DNA of 61,556 nucleotides, counting the filler, from Choristocarpus tenellus KU-1152 (taxonomy: Eukaryota > Protista > Phaeophyceae), in assembly GCA_964200185.2 (NCBI GenBank). It is 13 parts of 13 records of this genome, joined end to end, with 100 filler letters (N's around TTAATTAATTAA, not from the genome) between each part and the next. Parts side by side here need not be neighbours in the genome. Positions count along the whole stretch, not along the records: positions 9,189 to 12,936 come from CAXNAD020018173.1; positions 13,037 to 17,973 come from CAXNAD020012461.1; positions 18,074 to 23,015 come from CAXNAD020012439.1; positions 23,116 to 29,016 come from CAXNAD020009463.1; 9 more parts are not named here. One strand, written 5' to 3'. Made by a program: the position numbers and the translations under genes. Shown here piece after piece: positions 11,387 through 28,300 of the stretch. The notes beneath the pieces were generated by a model. That model was given only the letters and a program-made list of their open reading frames with translations. It did no database searches and was not told the origin of the DNA. The stretch's first letter is position 1. Every line of letters starts with the position of its first letter.

Positions 11387-12858
11387 CCCTCCGCAAAGCG
11401 CCCGGGGGGGGAAGAGGGTGGAGTTCCGGGGNNNNNNNNNNCTAACTGCCCCCCTCCCCCCCCCTCCCTCTCTCCCCGTTCCCTTCCAACCCTTACCTCC
11501 CAATCCGACCCATCCCTCACAATGCCTTGCTGTTGTTTGTCCATCATCCATGCCCCCTTGTCGGTTCCTTGACCTTCTTCCTCTGATAGAAGTACTGCCC
11601 TGTCCTCCTCCTTCCCTGCACACTGATTGGTCCAGCTATCGCCCTGCGACATCTCACTTCCGCTCCTGGGCTTTCGAGGTTGATGGTGGGGACGGCGACC
11701 TTGCTGGACACTACTGCTGTAATTGCTAGTTGCCGATGCTCTTTTGCCCTTCCTTGGACTGCCAGGAGATGGAGTTCTTACCATACCAAGTTCAATTTCA
11801 TCTCCACCTTTGAGAGACAACTCTTCCTCTTCCTCTTCCTCTTCCTCATCCTGCATCAGGGAGGAAGGTGTGTCCAAGGCAGAGCGAATGGCATCAAGTT
11901 CCTGGTCATTGAGGCCGTTCATCCTCACCTTGTGCATTTATTGCACATTTTTTTAGGAAAGAGAAGGTAACAGGGGTGGAGAGGCAGACATTAACTGTCA
12001 TGTTGATCAATGCATGTTTATGTGGCGTTAAACTTTGGATGTGGTAACTACAGCTGGGGGTCACATACCGAAAAATTAATCGATCAACATACGAACCAAT
12101 CCAACCCTCTCAAAGTTGATCTGCTTCCCACCATCCACTCCTCTTTAGCACAGACCAAGTAAGACAAAGAAAAAAAAATCATCTGATACAGTAACTGTAC
12201 AGAAAACATCTTCACAAAAAACATCACAAGCAGATCAGAGAAAAAAGACATCCATTCACTTCCCCCAACCCACCTTCCAACCCACTTCTCCCCCCTCTCT
12301 CTGCTCCCTCCATCACACCAGCCTCACCTCTACCCTCTCTAGTCGACTGCCCAGATCCCTCCTCCGGATTGCCCCCGCCAGCAACCTAGCATCACGCTCG
12401 TCCAGCCCAGTCTGACCCAAGCCCAAGAACCGCAGTGTAGGGTTCTTCTCCAATGCTCTGGCCAGGGCCAAGATTCCACAATGCTGGGGTGCAGCTGAGG
12501 CAGTGTTGCCACTTGAGTAGGGCACATCATTTGATGCATAGGTGCCATGGGCACCACCAGAGTGCTCATCATAGCTCCGGAGCCCCCCCCTGGCACCCTG
12601 AGCCCTGAACTCAGGTCTTCCTGAAACCTTGGACTGGGTTCTGCTCATCCCTGTACCCGAAATCCGAACAGCAGTCCCAGGTCTATAGTCCTCGTTTTTG
12701 TTTGCGGTCCAATTTTCCTTGCTACTACTGGTTCCAGTCCAGTAGGTCTCGTCAACAAAGTTGTGAAAGAGGTTGCCAATGGAGGACAGTGCATCTCCTG
12801 CTGTTTTGGTTAAGTAGGAACCATCACCCTGTGATGCCTCAGATGCTCTCAGGCTAAG
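9860..12858 (-). CDS. RNI-like leucine-rich-repeat protein, C-terminal part with a long acidic low-complexity tail (5' exons missing)
   Basis: Phase-0 GT-AG exons 12858-12328, 11928-11269 (small internal N gap) and 10612-9860; the spliced product gives GILALARALEKNPTLRFLGLGQTGLDERDARLLAGAI...LERVE|VRMNGLND, an LxxLxLxxNxL pattern across the junction. Confidence 0.7.
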
Positions 12859-12886
12859 CTGTAGGACATTACGCGTGTGTGTGTGT

Positions 12887-12918
<32 letters not shown>

Positions 12919-13068
12919 GGGGAAGGGCACGACCGTNNNNNNNNNNNNNNNNNNNNNNNNNNNNNNNNNNNNNNNNNNNNTTAATTAATTAANNNNNNNN
13001 NNNNNNNNNNNNNNNNNNNNNNNNNNNNNNNNNNNNGTCCTATGTCATTCAAACTCCTCAGCTCTTTT

Positions 13069-16357
<3,289 letters not shown>

Positions 16358-19108
16358 TCATCGTCATTAAGTTGCAGCATATAGCATCAAAGCCATTGAT
16401 ATTACAGTAGCAAGGACCACAACCACATGTTTTTGTGTTTTCCATGTAGGAGTCCAAACGGAAAGGAGATCAAGGTAAACAGGCAAGGGGGAGCAGCAAG
16501 AAAGGAGAGGGATGGAGGGGGGGGTCGCAGATGCCAACCAGAGCGCACGATGGCGAGTCATGCACGGTCATCAGCATCACCGAGGTCCCAAAAGGTGCCC
16601 TGTCAGGATTGTTTTGCATCTGTCCGGATGATTCCAGCCAAGACTTCTTACTTTGGATGAACAGAGGGATGCAATGTGATGCCAAAACGGCAGTAGGAGG
16701 GGAAGGGTGTACCAGCAGCAATTTTGGCCATAAATAACTCATCACTAAATTATCCAGTTTTCAAGGTATTGTAACAGTCATGATACAAGTTCCCACTCAC
16801 CCAACTTCATGATACTCTTGCCATAAGTCAGAAGGCAAAAGAAAAAAACAGTAGGAAGTGGTGAATGGCTAGAAAAACAAATCACACCTACCCATCAACA
16901 TGTTTGGCATGAAGCCAAAGGATTAACGAAATTTACTCAATTGTGATTGCCACACCGCTTCCCCTCCAAAATTAGGGTCTTATCACCACCAAACCCAATT
17001 TCAACCCTTCCCAGCAGAGGATACTTGTTATGCTTATCCCTTTTGCCAAAAACTGGGGGGGGAGGGAGGGAGGGGGGAGTAAGCACTAATTCTAGCCTCC
17101 AGGCCTGATCCTGCAATAGCTGTCCATGAGGTCCTCAGGAACTCCCCGGATGCGCTGCAGCTATGCAGTGACCATCTGAGGTAGAGAGCACATTAGCAGA
17201 CTTCCTCCCAAAGCTCCCCTGGTTCCCATTTCCACAAGCACCAACAGGCATAGACTCCAGCAGAGACTGCAGGTTGGGTCCACATTTCAGCCCTGTAACT
17301 ATCACAGGCTGCATGAGGCTGCTGCTATACCAGGCAGACTGGGCCATGATGGTTGAGATCCCCAGAAAAGCATGTCACTGACAATACCTAAAGAGGTTTC
17401 GCCAGTCTACAAGTATTTTCTCTGGAGGTCATGTAAGAACAGTACCTTACAGGCCTTGAAGAACTGCACGACTTGATAGACCTGCGTGACTCCTTACAGG
17501 CATGGTACCAGGGATTTCATTTTGACCGATCCAATCCCATCCCAAATCCGAACATAGGCACTTTGCAAGACACCTCTGCCCACAGACACTAATTACTGGA
17601 GGAAATTCCTTAGAGTTTCCCCATGTAGGAGGGGAGGAGAAACGCAAGGAGGGGAAATTGAGGGTAGAAAGCATGGGGAAGGGACACGCAACACTCAAGC
17701 GCGACCAAGCATGTGGCATACATACACAACCTTGCATTTTCTGGCCACAGGCTTAACACACGCAAGCATGACATGTCCCTTGGAATCCCTTTTCTCTCTC
17801 CTCTTCATTCCTTGTCATTTCCAAACATCAGCTGGAATACAGCAAGTAGGCTTTTAGGTGAGAGGACACAAATGCACATATTTGGCATCTGAAGAGAGGA
17901 GTATGCTTGCCCTCCCAGAATGCAGCAATATATGTGTTTCTTGACTGAACATGAAAACCTACAGACTTCAGCCNNNNNNNNNNNNNNNNNNNNNNNNNNN
18001 NNNNNNNNNNNNNNNNNTTAATTAATTAANNNNNNNNNNNNNNNNNNNNNNNNNNNNNNNNNNNNNNNNNNNNGGTCAAACAAACTTTACAGAAGCAGTT
18101 AAAGATTTATTTGGTTCGGGGGGGGGGTTGGGGGGGGGGAGGTGTGAGGGTGTGTATGTGGGATGGGAGTTGACTGATACTGATCCTAACATCAAACTCA
18201 TATGTCACAAATAAATAAATAATATATATATATATATATGTATACATTCATCAACAAAACACCTGCTGGGAGTGCGTTGTCATGTATTGCATCAATGGGA
18301 ACACACCTTGCTTGGGTAGGGCTGCGCACCAGGGCAAAAATGTCAACTAGCCATCGGAAGGACACGATTTCATGGCTCGATAGGTCCACTTCCATCAGCA
18401 GAGCCTCACTCATATGCAGCTGAGGTAAGTGAGGTAGGGGGAGGTGAGGGGCGAAACAAGAGAACCTTACTGAGCAGGGAGGGCATACTAGGATCATAGC
18501 AGTGGGGAAATAGGGAGGCTGGGCAGCAGAAGAGCTACAACTGCATGGTATGAAGTGGTGAGGGGATAGGGATGGGAAAGGGCGAGCATTAGCTCAAGGG
18601 TCAATGTCAGCACCTCTCTATTGGCTAAACCCCAAGGAAAAATTCAAAAGGGTCAAGAGGAAACACCCAACAGAGAGGTAAGAAAACACTCACCCAATAG
18701 AAACACTTATCAAAGTGCTGTAGAGTATACCATTGATGCAAGCATCACACATGTTGGGGTTTTTTTAAGAAAGGGCAACAGAATGATCAACTGATGTGTG
18801 AATAACCCATGCAAAAAAAGGTAGAAAGATGCAAAAGACCAAGGAGAGCCTTTCTAGTCCCCTGTCTTGGGGCAATCAAGGTATGGACAATCAAATGTCA
18901 GAAGGGCAACAGCATCCTCAATCAATGCAAAGATTTCCTCGAAGAGGATGTATTGCCCCCCTCACCAAAGACACGATCACCAAGCCAACCAATCACCAGA
19001 CTAATACGCTACACACCTTGGCAGGCGGTAACCACAGTCGTCCCAGATGCAAGCAAAATGCCTAATCAACCAGAAAATAAAAAATGTGTGCAAAAAAAAG
19101 CAGTTCAT

Positions 19109-19111
<3 letters not shown>

Positions 19112-19149
<38 letters not shown>
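19112..19149. repeat. (CA)n microsatellite
   Basis: Direct reading. Confidence 0.9.
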
Positions 19150-19151
<2 letters not shown>

Positions 19152-19364
19152 TTACTCATGCACCCAAGTCGGTGGGTAAAAAACAACCAATTGAAACAAT
19201 AAAAAAAAGCAATCTCAGTCTGGTTACGCTATCCGCGTCTCCTACCACTCCAGTGCCCTCCTAATGCAATACGATCATTCCAATCAATAAATCATCAATA
19301 TTGCGCTGCATATCAGATGCCATACTTGAAAGGGTTAGGGACAGGGGAGGCCTCCTAAAGTGAA

Positions 19365-19436
19365 AGATTCGTTTTGGATTTGTGCACACAACAATGAGGT
19401 CCGATATTCCCAACGCTAACCGCTGGACCAAGAACC
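19365..19436 (-). pseudogene. tRNA-derived relic (SINE head or pseudo-tRNA)
   Basis: Minus strand GGTTCT-TGGTCCAGCGGTTAG (A-box like) ... GTGCACAAATCC (degenerate B-box) ... GAATC at tRNA-like spacing; no intact cloverleaf. Confidence 0.3.
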
Positions 19437-20259
19437 TGTGACAGGGTGTGGAGAGGCCACTAGGCCCTGCACAGAAAAAATTAAAAAATAAAATTCTATT
19501 TTTTTTATTTTATTTTTTCCCGATAGGATCAGGCGTGGTTCGTGTTGGGCACTTCACCAGGATGCCGTGGGGTGGACAACAGGCAACGTATACATTTCAA
19601 GGGACTGGGAAAGGTCCAAGAGAGAGAAGCGTATACATTGAAAGTATGTGATTATGACACACTTCGGTGCAATAATGTCGTTCCTTGTTGCTCATCATTC
19701 CCTCCACAGTACTACCTCATCAAAAACGATAAAAAATATATATATATATATATATAATATACAAAAGGTCTTACTTGTCAATTGATGTCATTCAATGTTG
19801 TGTGCCCTGTATGTAGGGGGTGTACAACATTTTCAAGAGGGGATGCAATTTCTTTTTTATTGTATTCTTCCTTCTGCTGGATAATTTTTTTTTATTATTT
19901 TTAATATAAAGTGGAACGATGCACCAAGCTCGTATTTTTCTTATGACGGTTCAAGACAGGCAAACAAAAAAGAATAATATATGGAAAAAAACATTGGATC
20001 GACTCTTTTTTTTGTTTCTACATGCTGAGAAAAAAAAACAGAATATGATTCTGGTGGCGTTGTCCAACCGGCATCATTGGGAGGAAGTGATTGATATGCT
20101 GGAAAAAGAGAAGATTTCAAATTGCACCAAATTCCGTGACTCCTTTTCTCAGACCTCTAGTAGTGGCAACTCTTACTATTGAAAGTGAACAAAACACTGT
20201 ACATATTCTTGTGTAGTATGGATTATCTAGTATATACCGTAGGTTACACAATGTGTATT

Positions 20260-20660
20260 ACAGACTTTAAAATGCATGAAGAACATTCTCAAACATATAA
20301 TACAGGTTATAAATTTATAATATAGACTATAAATGTATCGTATAGATTATAAAATATGTACTATAGATTTTAAATGTACAATACAGATTCTTAAATACAT
20401 CACACAGACTTTAAATGTATAATACAGATTCTTAAATATATCATTCAGACTTTGAATGTATAATACAGATTCTTAAATACATCATACAGACTTTAAATTT
20501 ATAATACAGATTCTTTAATACATCATACAGACTTTAAATGTATAATACAGATTCTTTAATATATCATTCAGACTTTGAATGTATAATACAGATTCTTAAA
20601 TACATCATACAGACTTTAAATGTATAATACAGATTCTTTAATACATCATACGGACTTTAA
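20260..20660. repeat. AT-rich minisatellite, 41-bp unit (21+20-bp subunits)
   Basis: atacagattcttaaatacatc + atacagactttaaatgtata repeated about 7 times from 20381, with degenerate ~20-bp units upstream. Confidence 0.9.
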
Positions 20661-21019
20661 AACGAATAATAAAGTAATCGAAATATAAAATGCACTCTTA
20701 TGTTATTTCTATCTATGTAAAATATACTCGGGAATAGATTTTTAAATATCCTTGAGTCAGTCCAAAGAACAGTATGTTCTTGACAGGACCAGTCCCAGAA
20801 AAAAGAATTTTCCCAGGGCGAGTTGAGGTCCAACCGAGGTGAGATATCTCTTAAAGGAGTCGGGTTAGGAATTCAGAAAATATCAAGGGACTGACCCTTG
20901 GGGCGGCCTGGCTACCTCCTGCCTTGTGTACAGCCCTGGTTACTTCAACAGGGTAATGATACTTTGTAAATTATGCAATTTAAAAAACAACACAAAAATA
21001 TTATTCTTATCACCATTAT

Positions 21020-21152
21020 TACTATTACTATTACTACAACAATTGTAAGGTTATTGGTGTCATCAACGCTACTATCATTAACATTATTATTAATACTATT
21101 ACTGCAACAGGTGTAAGGTTATTGGTATCATCAACGCTACTATCATTATTAT
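21020..21152. repeat. ~68-bp tandem duplication
   Basis: tattact..caaca..tgtaaggttattggt(g/a)tcatcaacgctactatcatta occurs twice. Confidence 0.8.
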
Positions 21153-23319
21153 TTCTAACATCATCTACACATATGTAATTTTTGCCATTGCTCAAAATGT
21201 CATCATATTAGCACTACCTATGCCTAACATTATCACAACACTGCAATAATGAAAAGAAAGAACAACAGCCCCTAAGGCAACATATGCTACCCTTCAACCA
21301 CTACTCCCCCCTTCCCCTGACCCAATTAATAGTACTCCTCCTGCACCTCTCTGGGTATTGGCACCCCCCGTCGTCTAGGTGTGACTTTCTCAACCCTAAA
21401 GGTGGCAACAGGAGAAGGGCGCCCCATCAGACAATGGTAACGCCTCCTGGACTCCAAAACCTCAGACATGCTCCTGACTCACAACATACCAGTTGCAATA
21501 CGTATAACAGTAGTCCATGGTCAGAGGGAGGAGCTTGAGCATGCAGACAGGCGAATGGTGGGGGGGGGGGGGGGGGGGGGGCTCTGATTTTTGAAAGAGA
21601 AAGCGAAATAACAGTATTGAGAAGGGGGAAGGCAGGGGGGNNNNNNNNNNTTTTCTTTTTCCTTTTTTTTTTTTTTTGTGGAAAGGGGTGGTTGTCGAGG
21701 GGGGGGGGGGGGGGGGGGGGGGGGGTTGCACTGATTTTGAAGATAGCATGATGAACAACCGTATTGAGAAGGTGGAAGGCCAGAGTGGATGCACGGCAAC
21801 CAAAAGACGTTCGGAATTCTGCTGAGGTGAAAGGTGATCACAAGGCGTGGATGCAACAGGGTTGATGAGAATAGGGGGGGGGGGAGGACAGTGAAAGGAA
21901 ATATAGTTTAACACAATACACAGGGTATATTTGGAACAAAGTTGGGAAACATCCAAAGCAATGGATAAAAGCAAGATCAGGGTGAAGGATAAGAGTTAAG
22001 GATAATTTTTAGGGTAAGGGCTGTCAATACTGCAGAGCTTGGTGGGCATAAAGAGTATTGGTACAGGAGGAAACGGTATGTAGAAGAGAAGGAGTTAAAA
22101 GGCCTTGAGGTAGTGTTGAATTTAAGGCGCTGTGGCTGACAGGTGAACAGCAATCAGTTCCAGGTCCTTTAAAATACGTGAATTCCAAGTCCCAGTGTGG
22201 TCTAAATTGCTTCAACAGCCTTGATAAATTTTGCTGAGGGGCTGAACTGGCTCGTCATGGGTGGGTTACTCTTTGAAGCAGTGCTCACTCTCTTGATCAA
22301 CAGCCAGAGTACCCAACACTACAGATAGAAGAATATGCAGTGTCAGGACATGAAACAAATGTGGTCGTGAACAACCATACAAGCGTAAATTTAACTTTGG
22401 ATTCAGGTTATAGTGGTAGAGTTGTTACATGTCCTCAGGGCATCAAGGAAGTCAAAAATATGACATACTCTCCTTGCTCTCAACTGCCCGCCCACGCCCC
22501 CCACACCACCATACACTCCCCATTGTTACATTATGAGGGTGATGATCCTTCCTCAACAATGTATGCAACGACCTGCAATTCAGAAAGTGCAAAATCAGGA
22601 ATCAACATAATTATCCACAGCCAAGAAACAAAACCCAGGCACAAACATACTTCCGAACACTAGACATCTGCGCATGCTCAACAACACAGGTCAACCCACA
22701 CACAAATCAAAAAGGGGGTGAGGGTCAATTATTCCCCGATGCACACAACTCACACTCCTTGCTCCCCCATAGGTATGTGCCCAGCGCCAACATCAGCAGC
22801 CGCCACCCTGCAAGCCTTCATTAATGCTCCCCTCTCAGACACCAAAAAGAGCCGGTGCCGCCCGGTGTACATCACCGTGAAAGCCTGAGGGTTATCTGGA
22901 ACAATGTCAAGGGCCTGGCGAAATTAAATAAAGCGAAGGGGGATGGGAAGGGCAAGGTGAGGAAGGAGGGGGGGAAGGGGGGGGAAATCTATGAGGATTT
23001 CATTCCAGGGGACCANNNNNNNNNNNNNNNNNNNNNNNNNNNNNNNNNNNNNNNNNNNNTTAATTAATTAANNNNNNNNNNNNNNNNNNNNNNNNNNNNN
23101 NNNNNNNNNNNNNNNGAGAGGCTCTAGACAGCCCGGGCAGGGAGGGAAAGAAGGGGGAGGGCTTGGGGTGTGGCGGCGTGGTATGGAGAGTAGGCGGAAT
23201 GGTGGGATGGCAAAGGGGGTGGAGGACGATTGTGAGCGGATGGATTCCAGCACAGCTTCGGCTCCCACACTCCCCTCCATGGCAGCATATTAGTGTTCGG
23301 GGCTGGCAGGGGTACGACA

Positions 23320-23702
23320 TTTTTCATTGGTTTTCCCCCCTGACACATCTGCAAAATATCAGAGGGCATGATAATAATATAATATATATGTCATTATTAG
23401 CTCTAAAAATATAAATATCCTAAACATAAGAACACTATAAAACATTATAAGTGTGGAAACCACTAATCAGTTACTTCACCACTATCAAATATTGTACTAC
23501 TGTCTTCCTATCTTCCCATCTACCTACTCCTGTGCCCCGGGTGGGGAAGCTAAGGAAGCATCCCAAGAAGAATCCAACAGACCCCTCCGTGCCCATCTCC
23601 CTAGTGACTCCAGCTTAAAACGCATGACACGTCGAGACAATTCATATATATTTTTATTATTATGCCCTCTGACATTTTGCAGATGTGTCATGGGGGAAAC
23701 CC
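23320..23702. repeat. Head-to-head inverted pair of unclassified dispersed repeat family D
   Basis: 23329-23390 ggttttcccccctgacacatctgcaaaatatcagagggcatgataataat is the near reverse complement of 23643-23702 tattattatgccctctgacattttgcagatgtgtcatgggggaaacc. Confidence 0.8.
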
Positions 23703-25045
23703 ATATTCGTATCGACATTTAATGACACCGGTATTTTCATGGAAGGTATGAAGGAATGTAACCTGATTGGATGTTGATATGAGAAGGAGTGCAATACGTA
23801 ACGGATGCAGATCGATATATTGTTCATATGTATCTTATGTTAGATTTTGTACCAAACCATAAAACATCATCCGTGTATATATGATATAGGTACGCGGATA
23901 TCTCATTGTATCAGTGGGAGGTGAATAAACAGCTGACCCTATTTTATACGAGGGAAGGAAGTGCACGGACATCGAGACCGGAATCAACCCACCCGTGGCG
24001 ACACCTCCATCTGGACCAGTGGCTAAGCACAAAACGTGCCTTTTCCTCCCCTACAGGTTTTGACCGCCCGCTTTGCAGTGCGCCCACATCACCCCACTGC
24101 AAAGGACTCACACGGAAAGGCGTCGCAATTGCTGGACCTGAGGATGTCAAAAGCAGCAGACAACAAGTGAGTTTGATGGGAAAAATGTGCACAGTCATTC
24201 CAGAGTATTCAACCCAAGCGAATATAAGACAAGTCTCATCCCCCAATCTCTGCAGACACCACTGCGCATAATGAATTATTTGCCTTATCAACCTCCCTAT
24301 CCTAGCTTCAACGGCAACGCGCCACATCATGCATAAACTCAGACCATTCAGTCTCAACCCTTGGTGTTCACCTGCATATTTTTCCTCTTTTATGCCCCTA
24401 CACACAGCTAGAACCCGCACCAATTTCTCCTCGCCCTACAAACTTTTAGAGGCTAAGAATGTAAGGTTTGTCTACTATTTCCGAATTCGTTCATATTCAA
24501 CCAAGCACCTCATATCGGCGTTGGAAGGTGGGTATGGGAAAGGATGATCGTTGGATATCTTCCCTTGGCCTGTTGGCGTCACCTGTTTGACGCGGCACTG
24601 TATCGGATTTTACCACCCAATCCAGTCGCACATTCACAACATGTTACGTAAAACCCACCGATCACTCTACATACCAATCTTCGTTGGCCTTTCCATAGGA
24701 TTGGGCAAATGTTCATCCCGAAATAGCTCTGACCGTGTTGTCCCAACCTCATTATCGGAATGTCGACATGATATTCCACAGGCATCGTCAACACCATAAT
24801 GTACCAATCCCCCAAACTGCTCTGAAATGTTTCTGAGTAGGTTTCGGAGTAGGTACCATATATATAAAACTGTGAAAAGGTGTATCCGGTACAAGGACAA
24901 GGAGAAGGATACCGGGGGATATATCCTCCTAGAACCGTCATTGAGGGTTGTGCCAGATTTGGACGAGGGAGTAACACTTTATGCGGGAGCCAAGGGTAGG
25001 GGACTATGCTTTCGATGGGATGATCAGTGGATGCGAGGGACCATG

Positions 25046-25320
25046 TGTTGAGAAGCTTGGTGCATGTAAGGCTCGTCGCTGGAAGCTAGCAGATGAATTA
25101 CATGGTAAAGCACACATTTATTAATTATCCGCAGGGTGTTGTCCACTTGATGCTATTGTCCCACTGTACCATTTGCAATGTCCCATTGACCCACCATAAC
25201 ATACCGCTGTGTACGTTACTACCTTGTATTGTACTAAACTAAAGGTCAACGTACATATAAGCTATGTTGTTTACTTGGATCAGCACAGATAACGTAAGGA
25301 TAACACTAGGTTATTCGACA
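25046..25320 (-). repeat. 3' LTR of Copia element 2 (275 bp), PPT at 25321-25330
   Basis: Minus strand aaggggagga|TGTCGA...TCAACA; TG...CA termini with an imperfect 6-bp inverted repeat, just downstream of the RNase H ORF. Confidence 0.7.
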
Positions 25321-25388
25321 TCCTCCCCTTGCTGAAAACAAGTATTAACTCTCAAACAATCACAAAAAAATAAAACACACATGTTGTG

Positions 25389-28300
25389 TCACATGTTCAT
25401 CAAAACCGTTGTATGTTGTCTAAAACCTTGAACTGGCAAATTCTTGGTCAAGACATCTGCCCTCTGGTTGTCAGTACCAACAAAAACAACACGAATCTCT
25501 CCTTTTCGAAACAAATCCCTCAGAAAATGATGTCGTACATCAATGTGCTTTGTTCTAGTAGAGCTTGTGGCATTTCGTACTAGTTTGCATGCACCATCGT
25601 TATCCTCAAACAAGTCAATGCAACGCCTAGGAAACTGCGGCTGAATAATCTTTAAAACACTTCTCAAGAAAAGTAATTCCTGTGCCACACTACCAAGTGC
25701 TATGTATTCACTCTCTGTGGAAGACAGAGCTACAACTCTTTGTACCTTTGACATCCAAGATATTGCTCCTCCTGCAAACGTAATTGCTCCTCCAGTCACT
25801 GATCTACGATCATTCCAGTCTCCAGCATAACTAGCATCAGCATACGCACTCAACTCACACTCAGTACTAAAACCACCAAAACTCAATCCAACACTGGGAC
25901 ATGTATTCAAATATGCTAAAATACATTCCACTGCACGCCAATGTGTGACTTTGGGATTGCTACTGTACTAGGCAACTTCACGAACTGCATTTGCAATGTC
26001 AAGCCTAGTCATAACAGATGCCCACATCAAACTACCAACTGCCTCTCTGTACAGTGTATTTTCATCAACACTTGGATGATTCTCACGATTCCCACTCTTG
26101 TCTAGATTCTTTGAGAGATCACGGGGTACCGACCTCTTCTTTGCCCCATCCATACGAAATCTTTGACAAACACTCTTAATGTACCTAGTCTGGCTGATGG
26201 TGACAGTCTGTGCAGTTCTGTCACGTGAAATCTCACAACCCATATAATACTCAATATCACCAAAGTCTTCTATGGAAAACTGCTCTTTAATCCTAGAGCG
26301 AACCCAAATCAAAACATCCATTTTACCAGCTACCAAAAGATCATCTACGTGGGGAGCGATCACAACACAAACGACGCCATCTCCTACATAGCGTAACACA
26401 CAAGGGTCTGCTCTGCATTGCTCAAAACCACACTTTTCCAAAACGTGCACCCACAGGTTATTAAACTCTCTGCTTGCCTGTTTTGTGCCATAAAGTGCCT
26501 TGATCAAACGTACAATCTTTCCAGACCATTTACCACAACCATCACATAAGTGTACAAAAATCTCTTCACTGATATCAGCTTGTATGAAAGCTTGTTTTAC
26601 ATCCCAAAACTTTAATTCCCAATCTCTGTCTGCAGCTAAAGCTAGTACCATTTTCAAAGATTCAGGGGATGGTGTTGGTGCAAAGGTATCTTGATAATCT
26701 AAACCCTCAATCTGTCGAAAACCTTTTGCTACCAATCGTGCCTTGTATCTAACTACCTCACCAAATTTGTTAGTCTTCGCTTGTGAATCCATTTAGTGTC
26801 TATTGCTCTGCGTCCAGGTGGTAATACTGCCTCTACGTAAACATTATTCAACAACAAACCAGACATCTCTTCAGCTCTAGCTCGATCCCATTAATCACAT
26901 TCGGGAGAGCCACATGCTGCTCTTACAGTCTTTGGTTCTGGAGGGAGCTTATTCGCTAACACTCTAATAGTATCACCGCTCGCACACATCACAAGGGTAG
27001 TCTCTATGGAAACACACAAACAGTCATAAAAATTGGAAATGTCAAAAACAGCAGGCTTTGGCGGAAGTATTGCCTGATCTGGTGCGGTGGGGAATGATAT
27101 TGTCTTCACCATTTCCAATGCTAAGTCGTCGTAGTTCCCTTTCACATTGGCTGTCCTTGGTTTCATCCATCCCATCATCATCACCATCATTGTTGTCTTC
27201 ATTCTCCTTCGCCTCGTTGTCATCATAAATGCTGTCCTTAATCTCCTCCACAAGTTCACCATTATCCCAGGTGTCATCAGATTTATCACCGTCACTTATT
27301 CCACCTTCAATCCAGGTGATTCCATCATCATTACATTCACCCTCCATCTCCTGGATTTCTTCAGTCCGTCTTCTTACATGGGGAGGAAGGATGTATCCAG
27401 GAGTGTCATCCAAATCTTCATAATCCCGGTCTAAATCAGAGGTTGGAAAACGAACTCTGCCATCCTTGGTAGGGTGCCAATAAATGTTGGCTCGTTGAAT
27501 GACACGATTTGTAGTGAAGTCTAGGACGCGGAAAGTGCCACGGGGTTGTTTTTCAGATATACCAACCACGATACACTGTTGTCCATGACTCCCAAGCTTA
27601 TGACCAGGACTAGACTTGTAGTATCCAGGGGTACCAAAAGCTGGGATGCTCACTAGGGATCCAATTTCCCCATACAAGGCTTTATAAGGGGAAATCCCCT
27701 TATTGGCAGCAGTTGCACTTCTGTTGAGGATGAAAGCTGAATGGTTGTATGCCTCTCCCCACAGCCACATTTTTTCCTCCAATCCCGCAGAATAAATGCT
27801 GGCCCTGGCACCACTATCCACTTGGGAGATGCGCCGTTCGACCACACCATTGTACTGGGGTTCCCCTGTCCTGGTCATTTCTTGTACCGCACCCATTTCC
27901 ATAACCAAGTCCTGAAATTCCTCACTCTGCTACTCACCCCCTGGTTCATAACGAATATATTTGATGCGTCGCCCACTGGGGAGTACCTCAGCCTTAAACC
28001 ATCGCCTAAGAGTTTTTACTGCATAGCTCTTCTTCGAGAGTAGACGTATCCAGGTGAATCGAGTTGCATCATCGACAATTGCCAGGGTGTACTCAGTCCC
28101 ACCGAGTGATTTGACTTTCTTCGGTCCTGTGAGGTCAATAAAACTGCGGGTAGAGGGGCCCCTAGCTCGTGCAGTGGTGGATTTTGGGACAGGGTCTCTT
28201 ATCCTAGTCCCTTTTGCACACCCTATGCACTTTGTTGACGCTAAGTTTCCTGTCAGTGTGATTCCTTGTTCCTTAGCTATGTGTCGAAGAATTTTCTCAC

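Noticed and set aside
11353-11470. Long poly-C/poly-G tracts (also near 12886, 21558, 21698) giving poly-Gly/Pro ORFs
   Set aside because: They are adjacent to N gaps and lengths are unreliable in short-read assemblies; not treated as coding features.
20260-20660. Possible CRISPR-like array
   Set aside because: No unique spacers, eukaryotic context and no cas genes; it is a tandem minisatellite.
23900-24980. ORFs of 120-160 aa next to the Copia 2 LTR
   Set aside because: No recognisable domain or consistent splice structure; probably decayed repeat sequence.
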